Shown here: positions 37,594 through 49,617 of the stretch, one piece after another
How positions within the stretch are numbered: the first letter of the stretch is position 1
Layout: the number at the start of each line of letters is the position of its first letter
NCBI GenBank assembly: GCA_001179505.1
Contig: CDMY01000234.1
Span: 1-64,000 of the forward strand
Direction of reading: 5' to 3'
DNA from: Vitrella brassicaformis CCMP3155
Taxonomy: Eukaryota; Protista; Chromerida
DNA: 64,000 nucleotides
The notes under the pieces: generated by a model
The model's database searches: none
The model's input: only the letters and a program-made list of their open reading frames with translations
What the model was told of the DNA's origin: nothing
Program-made: the position numbers and the translations under genes

Positions 37594-39001
37594 ATGAGCC
37601 GCAGCATCAGTGCGTCGGATCAAGACTCAGAAGATACGCTGGACGATGATTCACTCAAGTGGCGGAGGTCAGCACCCGGCACAGCACAAGTGGAAGAAAG
37701 GCAGTCAGTCAATCTTCTTTATGTATCCATTTTAGAGAGCTGGAGACCACGGTGGAGCGTCACACGCGGCGGATGGAGTACAACAACCGAATGGCTGAAT
37801 TGATCATCACCTTCTTCACCCTGTTCATTCTCATCGAGCTCAACAACATCCCCCGCGAGTGTGAGCTGGAGCAGTGCCTCAACGAGTACCTGACGGCAGG
37901 AGGGGAGTCTGACTACGACTTCTTCATGACCGATTGTTCGGTCCTGCGCCAGCAGTGCACACACGGGCCGGTGGGGAGGCTGATGAAGAAGGGGGGCTCG
38001 TTCCGCAAATGGGCTGACCTGCCCCACAACACCTCCGCCATCGTGGGAGCCTACAGCCTGGTCGCTGACTTCTGCGTCTGTCTGCTGCGGCAGCACCCTG
38101 GCGACTTTCTGTGCGACTTCGAGATATCCACCTGCTTCCAATTCATCTTGGGGCTCTTCTTCCTCTACTGGCTGGAGGTGAGCAACACAGAATGAATGGT
38201 CAACAACCCTGATTCAATACGCTCGTCATGGGTGTGTCTGCTCCCCTTATCTAGGTGCGTTGCCGGCCCCCCGATGTGTTTCTGTTGGTCGAGACCCAGG
38301 TGCGGTCGATGGAGCTGCGCGCAGCTGGAAGCGCCATCGACATGAAGATACGGGGAGGCGGCAGGCCACGAGGCAACATCTTCTCCCGCCTCAACCACTG
38401 CCTCGGCGATCGCAAGGTGGTCATGGTGCTCTTCGGCTGCTATTTCCTCTTCTGGCTGCTCTTCTATCGCTTCTTCTCCGGCTGCTACTCGACTGGGCTA
38501 ACGGAGAAACAGTACATCATCTCGACTATCTGTGGCTGCGGCGTGGCGGCGACCTTCTTCATGGTGCTGCTCGAGGCGTACGGGGAGTGGGCCATCCAGC
38601 GGATGGCAAGAAACAAGCCGAGAGGCAAGACGGCGGAGCAGAGGGGCAAGCAGCCGAACGTCATGTTTCCTGCTATCCAGGCGGGAGAGCAGAAGCTGCC
38701 GCCAATGACAGCCCCCAGCTCCTCGCTGCCCGCGATCTTGCCCCGGTCTGCGCCGAGCATGGCGTTTCAATCTCCCATGACCGACACGTCGCATTCAGTC
38801 TTCCAGCCGTCAGCGGCCGCGCCCTACACCATCAACGTGGAGCGGCCCGTGGGAGAGGTGGCGCGTGCCGACTCGCTCGAGGAGGACCCTTTCTCACTCG
38901 ATGCGTCACTGCCCAACCTGCAGTGGATGTCGGGGTGGCAGAGCAGACGGGGCAACAACCAGGACAACGGGCGGGAGAGGGGGCGGTCTAACAGACAGTG
39001 A
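37594..39001 (+). CDS. Hypothetical multi-pass membrane protein (about 4 TM segments), 3 exons
   Basis: ATG at 37594, intron 37668-37735 (AG|GTCAGC...TTTTAG), second intron GTGAGC...CTAG. Hydrophobic segments: LIITFFTLFILIEL, FQFILGLFFLYWL, VVMVLFGCYFLFWLLFY, IISTICGCGVAATFFMVLL. Confidence 0.75.
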
Positions 39002-39193
39002 GCAGATGAGTCTGTCTGTCTGTTGTAGATATCTGTCTTGGTGTGTATATGTTTTGCCTTTTCCCTCTTCTGAGGACTGAGCGAGGGAGGTGCATTCATT
39101 CATTTTCTTTTTTAAAACGGATCGATGGCCTTCATACACTCACTCATGGTGGTGATGCGCCTTCACGAGACACGACTCGTGTTCGAACCACGT

Positions 39194-40076
39194 TCAACGT
39201 GTATACGTCTTATGGACGAATGGCGGTCCTCTAGCTGACCAAACTACGTGATCTCTTCCCACCTTCCACCTCTGCACCCTGCCCACCCTCACTGGCATCC
39301 CGCCATCTTTGTGCCATCCCACTTCTTGACCAACACAGCGAGGCGCGGGAGACGTTTGTGCTCTTGGTGCTCCATAGCGTGGCATCAGTGGGAGAGGCGG
39401 CGACTCAGCCAGCGTGTGTTGACGCTTCCTTGGCTGGTTTCTCATTGCGGCCCGCAGATCCTCGCTCTTCGGGCAGATCGGCTCTTCGTCTAGCGGTGAT
39501 AATGAAGGCAGGTCGGGGGGCGCCTTCCTGTGCGGCAATGGCGGTGGGGCTGTCTTTTGTGCTCCTTTTGTAGCAGCCATCGCTGGCTCACACCTGCCAG
39601 AACAGACACACAGGCCAGGGTCCTTGTTGTGATTTGGTGCCGTCGATCGTGTGTGTGTCTCACCTTCGCAGCAGCCAGTAGATATCCCATGAACGTTCAA
39701 TGCACCGCTCTCTGCGGCAGCCCGGACACACGGGCACTTCATGCGGCGGAGTCGACTCGACAGAATCGTTCGCCTCAGCCGCAAAGCCAATCGCTTCGCC
39801 TTCTTCATCAGCAACAAAGATGAAGAAGGGGCGCGGAGCAGAGGGCGCAAAGTTTGGAAGGCCAATCCCGCCCTCGAAGATCTTCTCCATGTTGCGCAGG
39901 GCCTCCTGCAATGACGGATAACGACAAGACGATGCTACATCACCTGCTGACAAGGGGGCACTGCTCACTTTGATCTCATCTCTTGTGGGCATGTTTTCGA
40001 AGAGGGGGCTGATCCTTGCAAAGGCCACGACAACAGAGAGGAAGGAGACACATGTCAGGAGCAGGGCGCTGAGCAT
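39194..40076 (-). CDS. Hypothetical secreted Pro-rich protein, 2 exons
   Basis: Signal-like MLSALLLTCVSFLSVVVAFA. The AG|GTGAGA donor joins GCAG|G to continue into CEPAMAATKG...; stop at 39194. Confidence 0.55.
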
Positions 40077-40147
40077 TCCGCTGAAGACGGGGAGACTGGA
40101 GACTGGGGGGTAAGGGAGGGCCCCCCACCCAAAGACTCGGCAAGCAT

Positions 40148-40771
40148 ATGGCGGAGGGTATTTGAAGACACACATGCAAGCCACCACTGGCTTTAGTTCT
40201 GTGCTTCAAATTAAGACTTCATCTTATGTCTGTTCCCTGACTCCCCTCTTACGTGTGGCATTGCAGATGCTGCTGCCGGCGACCCTGCAAAAGAGGGCAA
40301 GAAACAGGAGCAAGGGGTGTGCACCACCTGCTTCTTCGCCACACTCGACTTCTTTGCAGTCAGCCGCACTGCAAAAGACCCACACGGGCACTTAGTGGCC
40401 TGCCACGCACTGCTGTGTGTGCTCGTGTCTCAGACAGTGGGGAAAGGAATCGTCGCCACGTATAGAGCGTACGTATACGCTGACCTACTTACATGCACCT
40501 CTTAATTACCCACGTCGGCTCGCGTTTGGTTTGGTTTGATTTGGTTTGTGGTGCCTTGTAGGACGTCCTACTGCGTTAAGGAAACTGTTTATCCGATAAA
40601 GGAGACAGTGGTGTCCATCTTTGACCGCATGGAGAACAAGTGAGCCCTGCCTGCCACAGTTAGTGTGTCTGCTCATCTCCTTTGTCTCCTTGTTGTCTGT
40701 CGCGTTGGTGCAGGTATAGGCCTTACAAGGCTAAAGTGCCTTACGTGCACGTGACTGACTTCGAGTACTGA
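40148..40771 (+). CDS. 87-aa five-exon small protein not present in the ORF track
   Basis: Exons 40148-40157, 40267-40358, 40434-40459, 40562-40639 and 40714-40771 total 264 nt. All four introns are GT-AG with matching phases 1, 0, 2, 2. Product: MAEDAAAGDPAKEGKKQEQGVCTTCFFATLDFFATVGKGIVATTSYCVKETVYPIKETVVSIFDRMENKYRPYKAKVPYVHVTDFEY*. Confidence 0.8.
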
Positions 40772-41165
40772 CTGACTTGCTGTGCTGACCCACTTACTTT
40801 GGACATCAGTGACTTCCCACTTGCAAGTCAAAGCGCTCACTGAATGGTGTACTGAGCTCGAGCATATCTGAGAAGACAAAGACGATGTCTGGAACGCCTT
40901 CGTCTTCCCAGATGCCCACGTGCACAGCAATACGTCCAGCAGCCTGTCTGCCTGTCTGACTGTCTGTCTGTCTGTCTGCCTGTACACACACACACACACG
41001 TATGTATGCATATCCACAGCGCCCATCAGACACCTCTGCAGCAGCAGCAGCAGCAGCAGCTTCCATTCTGGAAAGAACGTCAAAATCGCATCAAGCGCTG
41101 AACGAATGGGACAAAGGACAGCTCAAAATCGCCTAAACCTACCCGTCACGTCAAGGAAGGCCTCA

Positions 41166-43570
41166 CTACAGCCTAGCTCTGATCTTCCCTCCCTCCTGAA
41201 AAAAACCAACCGACGGTTGTCGGCCGCTCACCGACATGGCGGCCACACCCCCATTGATGGCCTGGCCTTCGCCAATCCCCTCGGACAATCGTGTCTGTAG
41301 GACAGCCGTGTGCTGCTCCTGATGGTGCTGCGGCAAAGAGGAGGACACAAGGTCAACAAGGGAACTCATGCCATACGCAGGGGGCGCCGCCTGACACAGG
41401 CACCGCACACAAAGAATGAGGGTCCATGGGCTGCACCCCTTGTGTCGCTTTCTTTGTCTGTCTGTCTGTCTATCTGTCTCACTCACTGTATCTTTGACGG
41501 TGGCGGGGTTGAGTTTGTGGCCGAGGATGAACTGCTTGCCCATCCACTTCTGGTGCCACTCGATCATCGCGTCCACGGCAGGCGTCGACACACCCAGCAT
41601 CTCCGCTATGCCCTTCAACACACACAGACCTGCGCAGCGCAGCGCACCGCACGGCGATCCATCCAGCCAGCCAGCCATGTGGTGTGTGGCATGCACGATG
41701 CGTGTGTGGTCGTACCTACCGTAGGGAATGTCCTCCCAGAAGAGACGCGAGTCGACGTCAGGGAGGTACCCCAACACCTTGCCGGCACCATCTGCAAACC
41801 CAACAAACGGCAGGCACCACACGCCAGCCATCCCATCCTTGTGTGTCATGGTCATGGTATGTGTTGTATTATATAATAGCTTGGATGATCGTCTCGTTCC
41901 TTTAAAGGTCTCACCCACCCCACCTTGCTCACCGTGGAGGCATTTGGTGGGCGTGACGCATCCTTGGTAGCCTCGATTGGACACGAAGATCATCTTCAGG
42001 CTGGATCGATCGGACACGTCAGATCCTGATCCGCACACACCAAACCAAGCAGTGCAGTCCCAGAACACTTACATCAACTCGTCCACGCCACGCACTTGTT
42101 TGCTGACCATACCATATTGCCTGATGACGCGCTCCCCCAGCGGCAGCACAAGGGAGAGGTCGAGTGCGGGGAAGTGACCCAACAGCCGATGCTTCACCGC
42201 CTGAAGCTCCTGTAAGTCAACAGGGGGGGAAAAAAGAACTAGTGAGGGCATCCGTCTGTTCCGTGTGTGTGTGTGTGGCTGGGTGGGGTGCTCACTTGGT
42301 CGAGTCTGTCAAGCCACATGGCCGACAGGTCGTCCATGTCGCTGTAAAGCCCCCAGGGTATCTCATCACGGCCGTACACGCGACGGCCGTCCCACTCATT
42401 GAAGATGCCGTAGTACCTAGAAGACCACACAGAAACACACACACACACACACAGACCAGGAGAGAGAGAGCGGGGTCACTCTTGCCGTGTGGGGGCATGC
42501 CGGTGGGTGGGGGGGTTGCTACCGTGCCGGGTGGATGATTTGGTTGGACGGTGTGAGCGTCAATGTCAAGAAGTTGGGCACCGTTCCTGAACACACACAA
42601 AGAGGCCTCCCCCACTTAAATGAACGTGTGTGTGGTGCCAGCCCACCCGTGGGAATGTCGAACAGCAGTGACATCAGGCAGGCCACCGTCCGGCTCTTCT
42701 CCACAGGACACGACGCTACCCACAGGTTCTTCTTCGGACCCAAAATGCGCGCCTCGCGACCATACACCGTTTTCTTGCATATCTGTCATCAAACACGGAT
42801 ATGGCGTGGTGATCGTCCCCATTTGCCTTCTTCCCCTAGCCCACCGACCGACCCACCGACCCAAGGAATGTTCTGCAGTCCAAACAGCGCCTCCACTCTG
42901 GTGAGGTCGCCGATGGCCGCCCGAGCGGCCCAGTCGAAGCCGCCCTGCGCATACAGCGCCCCAAGGAGAGTCCTCCTGGTGCGGCTGATGTGGGGTGCGA
43001 TCTTGTGCAGGATGGGGGGATGGGTGTGCGCGGGTGCAGCCACGATGACCAGATCAGAGTCGGGAATGACAGCGCTTGGGTCGTCTGTCACCCTGACGAA
43101 CGAACGAACGGATTGGCACAGATGTGCTGCAGGTCATCACATCTGTGGTTACGTGTGCAGTGTGCCGTTGATGGTTCCTTTGCTCTCCTGCAGATGAAGA
43201 CAATAAATACCAACACAGAAAGCCCAGCCCCATGTAGCAATGAGCATCGGGTGACTTGTTGACTTGTTGTGGATGGATGGGAAGCTAGCTGACTGACCCA
43301 GCTGGACCCCTTGGTGACGATCTTGATAGAGCGGCTCCACTCATCCGGTCGCCGAGTCAACACATTCACCTTCAACGCTGATGGACGCACACCACCAACA
43401 ACACAGACAGCGATGCCATCCATCATCCTCTGTTGTCGTGATTCCTTACCTGGTTTGGAAGCCAGGTACCCCGCCGCCACGTGCGCCCCGTTGCCCCCGC
43501 CGCACACAGTGACGGTCAGCGAGGCGGGCAGCACATCCATACTGTCCATATCATGATGTCGATGACTCAT
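41166..43570 (-). CDS. NAD(P)-dependent opine (octopine/nopaline/tauropine-type) dehydrogenase family protein
   Basis: Rossmann motif VTVCGGGNGAHVAAG, then DLVIVAAPAHTH, GALYAQGGFDW, LFGLQNIPW, ARILGPKKNL, LTLTPSNQIIHPARYYGIF, SRLFWEDIPYGLCVLKGIAEMLGVSTPAVDAMIEWHQ. These are hallmark segments of the family. The amino-acid substrate cannot be assigned. Confidence 0.92.
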
Positions 43571-44216
43571 GTTCCCGGCGGCGTGCAGAACAGGCAGGTA
43601 GAGTAGATGATCATCAACCAGTCAATCAGTCAATCAGTCAAACAATCAGACTGCAGTAGGCATGACAGTGAGTGTCATGAGGGCCAGCGTGACGTCTGCG
43701 GCACGAAGATCTTCACGTCAATACATCGGGCATGGACCTGCAACACAACACAGCCACCCGAGCAGCAAAGCAAAAGAAGAGAGAGAAGGGAGATAACCTG
43801 TGCACTGCACTCATCGTTGCTCATTGAAGCTCTCTCATCTGCTTTGCTTGCCATGTCCAGATTTGGTCTGCAGGTGGAGAGCGCCGTACACCATCCTGAC
43901 GGAGGCCACGAAGCAAGCAACTTGAAAGATCTGACAGGAAACCGACTTCTGCCTGCTACTGCAAAGCAGCTGCGCCCCTTTGAAAGCGGAGAAGCGGCTC
44001 GCTGCGGGCTTTGCGAGCTTAGTAAGGGACGGACGGAAATCTTACCCTTAACCACCACCACCCGAAGTGCGGGATAGCAGCTGGCAGCCTGTGTGACCAG
44101 GATCTTCGGTTGGGTTCAGCCAGTCGTCATCATCATCTTGGTTCCTCGTGATGCTTGAGTTGATTGGCGGATGTGAGACCATCGACGGCGACTTGGATGC
44201 GTCGATTCAGCGACTC

Positions 44217-46078
44217 ATGAGCGCCAAATCGGTGTTAACGGATGGGACCTCGCGGCTCGTTGCTGAGAGAGGCGGCGTGTCGCATCCCCTGGAGACCACC
44301 GGAGAGATGCTCGTCAACGCAGATGTGCAGGGCTGGGCAGGGGAGGGAGGGAGGGAAGAGGAGAATGAGAGTCGTGATGTGACTGTCTGTGTTGGTCTGT
44401 CGTGTGTGTATCGTCTGGCTGATCAGGCGGCGTGGTGTTCCCGGTGTCCCGCCGTGCGCTCCTCCTTCCCTTGATGCGCAAGCGGTACATCTCGGTCCTG
44501 CTGATGCACTTCTCTGACGGCCTCCCGCGAGATCCTGATGGCCATGTCTATCTGGAGGCCTCACCGGCATACTTTGAGGCCTTTCTGGACGAGCTGACAC
44601 TCCACGAGACCCACCGCACCGGCACTGTCGACCTGCCGCCCTCCAAGGTGGCTGACCCGACTTACAGCGAGTACCACTCCCTGTTCATGCGAGAGCTGCA
44701 GTCCTTCTCAGCTCCGACACACATCCGCCGCGGTGCCGCCACGACCAAGGCGGTCGATGGCGCATGTGACGAGAAGGCCATCGCGGATGTCATCCAGACG
44801 TCGCTGAGCGATCTGGAGAAGGTCATGAAGAGGCTGACGTGCCGCAGGGAGGAAGTGGTCAAATTCCTCTCGGCAATGGAGCCGTTTATGAAGGGCCAGG
44901 ATGACGCCAGAGGTGACAGCGCGGTGCTGAGCTTGGAGGTGCTGGGTCGGAAGGTGAGCTGCATGAAGCGGACGCTGCAGCGACTTGGCAATGACCATCC
45001 CCTGCTAACGCGATTCTCAAAGTGAGTGAGCACATTCACAAACGACAGACGGAGAGCGACAACGCAGGTCACATCTGTGTATGTGTGTGGTTGCGCAGCA
45101 CTCCGCCCTGCTGGGGTGACCGTCGAGTGCGTCAGACCCCCACCAAGCACTTCGTCAACACAGTCGACTTCGCCCGGCGCCGGATGACGATGCCCAAGGG
45201 GCAGCTCATCCGGCCCCCGCTGATGGACGAGGCCGAGCGTGAGCTGTTTCGAGAGGACTTGACAATGTATGGTCTGACTTACTCGCCCATCCTGGACCTG
45301 CCGGCCGGCCACGAGTGGGTCATCAAGTCGGCAGAGGAGTGGGTGAGCCTGCTGGACATGATCAAGAAGCCCACGTGCAGACCATCGCTGCTCTTCAAGT
45401 AAGCCGGCCACTCACGAATGGCTGTGCGTCCCGTCCGTGCATGTGGATGCACGTGTGTGTATATGTGTGTGGATCAGGTCTAGCCGTGATGGGAGTGCCT
45501 ATGCCACGATGCTCCAGTGTGTGGCGGGCAAGAGCGGTCTGCTCTTCGCCCTCCGAGATGGTGACACGCACCGATGCGGCTGCTTCCTCGGTGGCGAGAT
45601 CACACCGCCGGCCGACCCCAAACAGACCACCCGCTACAGGGTGCCCTTCTTCTTCTACTCGCTGTCGGGCGCGTACGAGACGGTGACCAAGATCGAGCTG
45701 CCAGAGGAGAAGCAGAACGTGGAGGTGGCCGGCACACAGGGGGCGGTCAAGGACACCAAGGACGAGCCACGTGGGAATGTGGCCTTCGCCAGCGGCTGCC
45801 TGTGGCTTGGATTCGACACGCCTGGTCCTGCGGCCGACCTCAGCAGCTGCCACCTGTGGATCAAGAGGGATCAGTTGCCGGAAGGGTACACCGGGGTGTA
45901 CACTCAGCACGGCGACGGCTCATTGGCGCAGACCATGAACTTCACGTGTGATGAGATGGAGATCTATCATATGGAGCCCACCACATATGGGTGGCGGCCA
46001 GGGAAGCCAAGGAGCTTCATGGATTGGTTGTTCGGCGGAATGTGCAGACATACACAGAACAGAGATATCGACAGATAG
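44217..46078 (+). CDS. BTB/POZ-like + TLDc domain protein (family copy 1)
   Basis: C-terminal TLDc motifs (L.K.GSSRDG, LLFALRDGDTHRCGCF, FFFYSLSGAYE, LWLGF, FTCDEMEIYHM) and an N-terminal KCTD/BTB-like segment (GGVVFPVSRRALL...LPRDPDGHVYLEASPAYF). The first intron junction is unresolved. Confidence 0.8.
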
Positions 46079-46454
46079 AGGGTATAGCGCAGCGAGGTGG
46101 AGCAAGTAGGTGTGATTTTGGCTGTCTCAGCTCTTGGTTGGTCGGGTGGCTTCTGCTACATGTGGCCATGGAATGAGTAGCACAGCTGAGGTGGCATGCG
46201 TCTTTGGTATACAGCACCCGTGTCTGGGTCTGCAAAAGTGAGCATTGATTGTGTTGTCTATCTATCTGGAATGAATGAGAACGAGCGAGTTCTAGACGAG
46301 GTGAGGGTTGCCCGGCTAGCTAAGCGTGACTTTTGTCTGTTGGATTTGCCGTCATCTATTCTACCCATCCACCACACGAACAGAGACACCGATAAAACCT
46401 TGCTGCATTTCACGAACCATACCATCGACAACGGCAGCGAGCCAGCGAGCCGTC

Positions 46455-49373
46455 CTAGTCTGCCTTGCTCGTCGCCTCAGCAGTGCTGGTCCGCGTGGCT
46501 GCATCAGGCACCCCATTCGTCGCACCCCGCCCCCGCTCACACCGCATCACCCGCCGCACCCACAATCGCAGCGCTGCAATTTTGGACATCTTTCCGGATA
46601 ACGCACTCCTGTCGCCTTCATCCCTGTCCTTGGTCTCATCGTCGGCTGACCGCGGCCTGTCAGTCAGCGGAGAGAGAGAGAGAGAGAGAGTTGGTTAGTT
46701 TGGACACGCACGTGTGTGTCTATGCGTGTGTGGGTGTGGGTGTGCGCAGCTGACTTGATGGCGGTCATTCTGAATACGGCGCCAAAGAAAAGTGTCAGCA
46801 CGGTGGATGACAGGGCGATCACATTGAACGGCATACCTGCAGTGCACCACAACACAACACAACACACGTCGATGTGTGTGTGTGTGTCTGGATTGTCTTA
46901 CTGAAGTCCGGCAGCGGCACCATGATGACCATTCCCTCGGTGAAGTGGCCCAGCCACCGGTCGTCGGCCGACGAAGGCGGCCCACTCCTGTTGGCTGCCG
47001 GCATGTCCAGGTCATACAGATCGACCGATGCAGGCGGCCACGTGAAGTGACTCAACGGCTGCACACACAACACACATGGCATGGCATGGCGGCTGATGGG
47101 TTCGGGTGAGGGTCCACGAGTGTGATGTGTGGGTGCGGTGGTACCTTCTGCATGAAGAGTGCGCTTCCGACGTCCTGTCCCTTGTCGGGCGAGAAGCCGA
47201 ATTGCCCGATGTGAAGAAAGCGCTTGCCCAGCTCAAAGCTGCACACACACGCACACACAAATGACCAGGAAGCCGTGACGGATGAGAGCGGAGGCTTTTA
47301 TGGACATGCACCTGATGGTGAGAATGCTGCTGGCGGGCAGCGTCGTATTGAACGAGAAAACGGATGGCGCGCTCCTGCCGTCGGTGAAGCGCCAGTCTAT
47401 CCCCAGTGTGCTGAAGCTCTTGTCGGCCCCATGAGACACACTCACCATCTTCTACACACACACACACACACACACACATTCACAGACACACACAGGGCCG
47501 TCCTCCCTCCCACAGCCACCTCACCTGTCCACGTTTGTCGAAGATGTCCAGCTGCGATGTGAGTGTGTGGACGAGTGGGTTGAGGTAGAAGGGCAAAGTG
47601 TCCTGGTACACCACATGCTTGATCGTCGACGGCGCGGAGTTGTGCAGGTGCACAACCATCGACCCTACACACGCACACACGCACACACGCACACACACGA
47701 ATGACACTCTCATGTCGGCTGGCTGGCTGGCTGCATGCCGACTATGTGACCTTGGAGCCTCTCAGGTCTCTTGGTCAGCAGGCTCCCTATCTGCTGCCGA
47801 TCCACCCAGGCATCCCGCCTCTCGTTCCCCAACCGAACTATGGGCGCCGATTGCAGAAGTGCCGCCGGCAAGCGAAACTCCTCTGCTCGCCATGTGCCCA
47901 AATGCGTCGCATCTGACAGCCTGACACCATTAATGGTGGACAGGAATGTGAATGTGTGTGTAGCTAATGTGTGTGTATCTCTTTCTCTTTTGCGGCGTCA
48001 CCTTGAGTGCGTATAAGTCGCCGGCAGGTCTGTGCCGAGGAGGCTGTGGTCAGGGGGCAGCCGCATGTGCACCCAGGAGCCGAGTGCAGGGGGGCAGGCC
48101 TCCATGCGACGCGGCCCACCCGGCCGCAGCAAGGACTCGACCGACATCCTGCCTGCCACACCACACCACACCACACACGCCCCGCCATCTCATCAGCAAC
48201 ACAACATCATCGCCTAGTCGTTCTTTCTCCCTCCCTCCCTCCCTCCCTCCCTCACCCTCTTTCTTTACCTGATGTCTGCCGGCCTTGTGCGAGCTGTTCG
48301 TACCCCAGGACGGCTGTGAGGGTCAAGGCCAGCTCGACGTGATGTGGCGAGGTGGGGTTGGGGGAGGGCACCTCGGCCGCATGAATGGCCAAAGACTTGA
48401 ACGGCGACTCGGCCAACAGCAAGGGGTCGAGGAGCGACGCTAAACCGCTCTGCAGCACACCACACCACCCCACACCACACCACCATAGCAGACAGATGCC
48501 GCCGGCCGGTCTCTCTGTGTGTGTCATTCAATTGTGTCACCCACCTGTCCTCTGCACGGGAGCAGTTTGAGCCATGGTGTGAGGTTCTCGGTGCACAGCG
48601 GCTCTATCGGCATCGAAGCGTACCGCACCTCGTGAGTGTCACTGCCGCTGCTGCCGGGCATCTGAGTGCGAGTGTGTGCCCCCATCACCGCTGCACTCGG
48701 TAGCGGCCATCCGTGTGGCAGGGGGGTCGTGTGCCTGCTGACGTCCTCTACCGCCCCGAATGTCGCACAGAGAAGCCCTCCCAAAGCGTGAACCAGATGA
48801 CGCCAACCCCTGCACACACACACACATCCCCGCACACACATGGGTACCGGACAGCACAGCTCATTCAGGTGCTGCAGCACCCATTCCTTGACCTGTGCAA
48901 GTGTGCCTTCTCCATGTTGGCGACGAGCAGGCCGCCGGGCGGCGTCACCTCCACCGGCGGGTCGCCCCACTGGTGGTGCTTCCATCGGCCCTGGGTGAGC
49001 GAGGCCGTGAACCCTGCCGTCGGGATGTGCGTGAAGATCCGGCCGATGCTCTTGGGAAAGATGTCATATAAACCATCTGCAGATCAGAAGCAGAGAGAAA
49101 TGCAGCCATTCAGGGGAGATGGTCTGTTCGCATGGTGTGTGTGTGTGTGTTCTTGCCCTTTTGGATGGATCCCGTGAGGCGAAAGTCGAAGTGCGCGAGC
49201 AGCTTGCTGTCGCTGAGGAACTGCACAAGCACGTGCTCCGAGAACAGATCCCCCGATGCCGCAGCTGCAGCAGCCGCCCCTACTACCAAATCCACCAATG
49301 CCCAGGCCACCAGAATCATCACGCCTCTCAGCAGTACTTCAACAACGCCCGTCAATGCCTTCCGCGCCCTCAT
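46455..49373 (-). CDS. PIGT: GPI transamidase subunit PIG-T (Gpi16)
   Basis: Signal peptide, then DLFSEHVLV...LLAHFDF, FPKSIGRIF, ASLTQGRW, WRHLVHALGGLLCA, EPLCTENLTPWLKLLPC, and C-terminal TEGMVIMVPLPDFS-MPFNVIALSSTVLTLFFG. These match characteristic Gpi16/PIG-T blocks. Confidence 0.93.
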
Positions 49374-49617
49374 CTCGGCAGATGCCGCTGACCAACTTGC
49401 TTCTACTTCATCAGTGTCTGTCACAGAATGCACGAAAAGCCGTCAGATCTGCGCAGTGGTGCGAGCTTCTGAGGGCGAATGGGGACTTCAGAAATGACAA
49501 GCTGTGGGGGGCTTCTGTGAGGCTGAAGAGACTGCCCTTCGTCGAAAACAAGCCTCTCTCCATCCGTTCGATCGACATCTTTGACGGAGCTGCTGAGCGA
49601 GGTGGGCAGCGTGGAGG

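Noticed and set aside
37704-37735. Apparent 32-nt mini-intron in the membrane-protein gene
   Set aside because: A stronger phase-compatible donor (AG|GTCAGC at 37668) gives an ordinary 68-nt intron.
44320-44430. Possible non-canonical (AT-AG or GC-AG) first intron in TLDc copy 1
   Set aside because: Several alternative junctions or start sites are possible, and this cannot be decided without transcripts.
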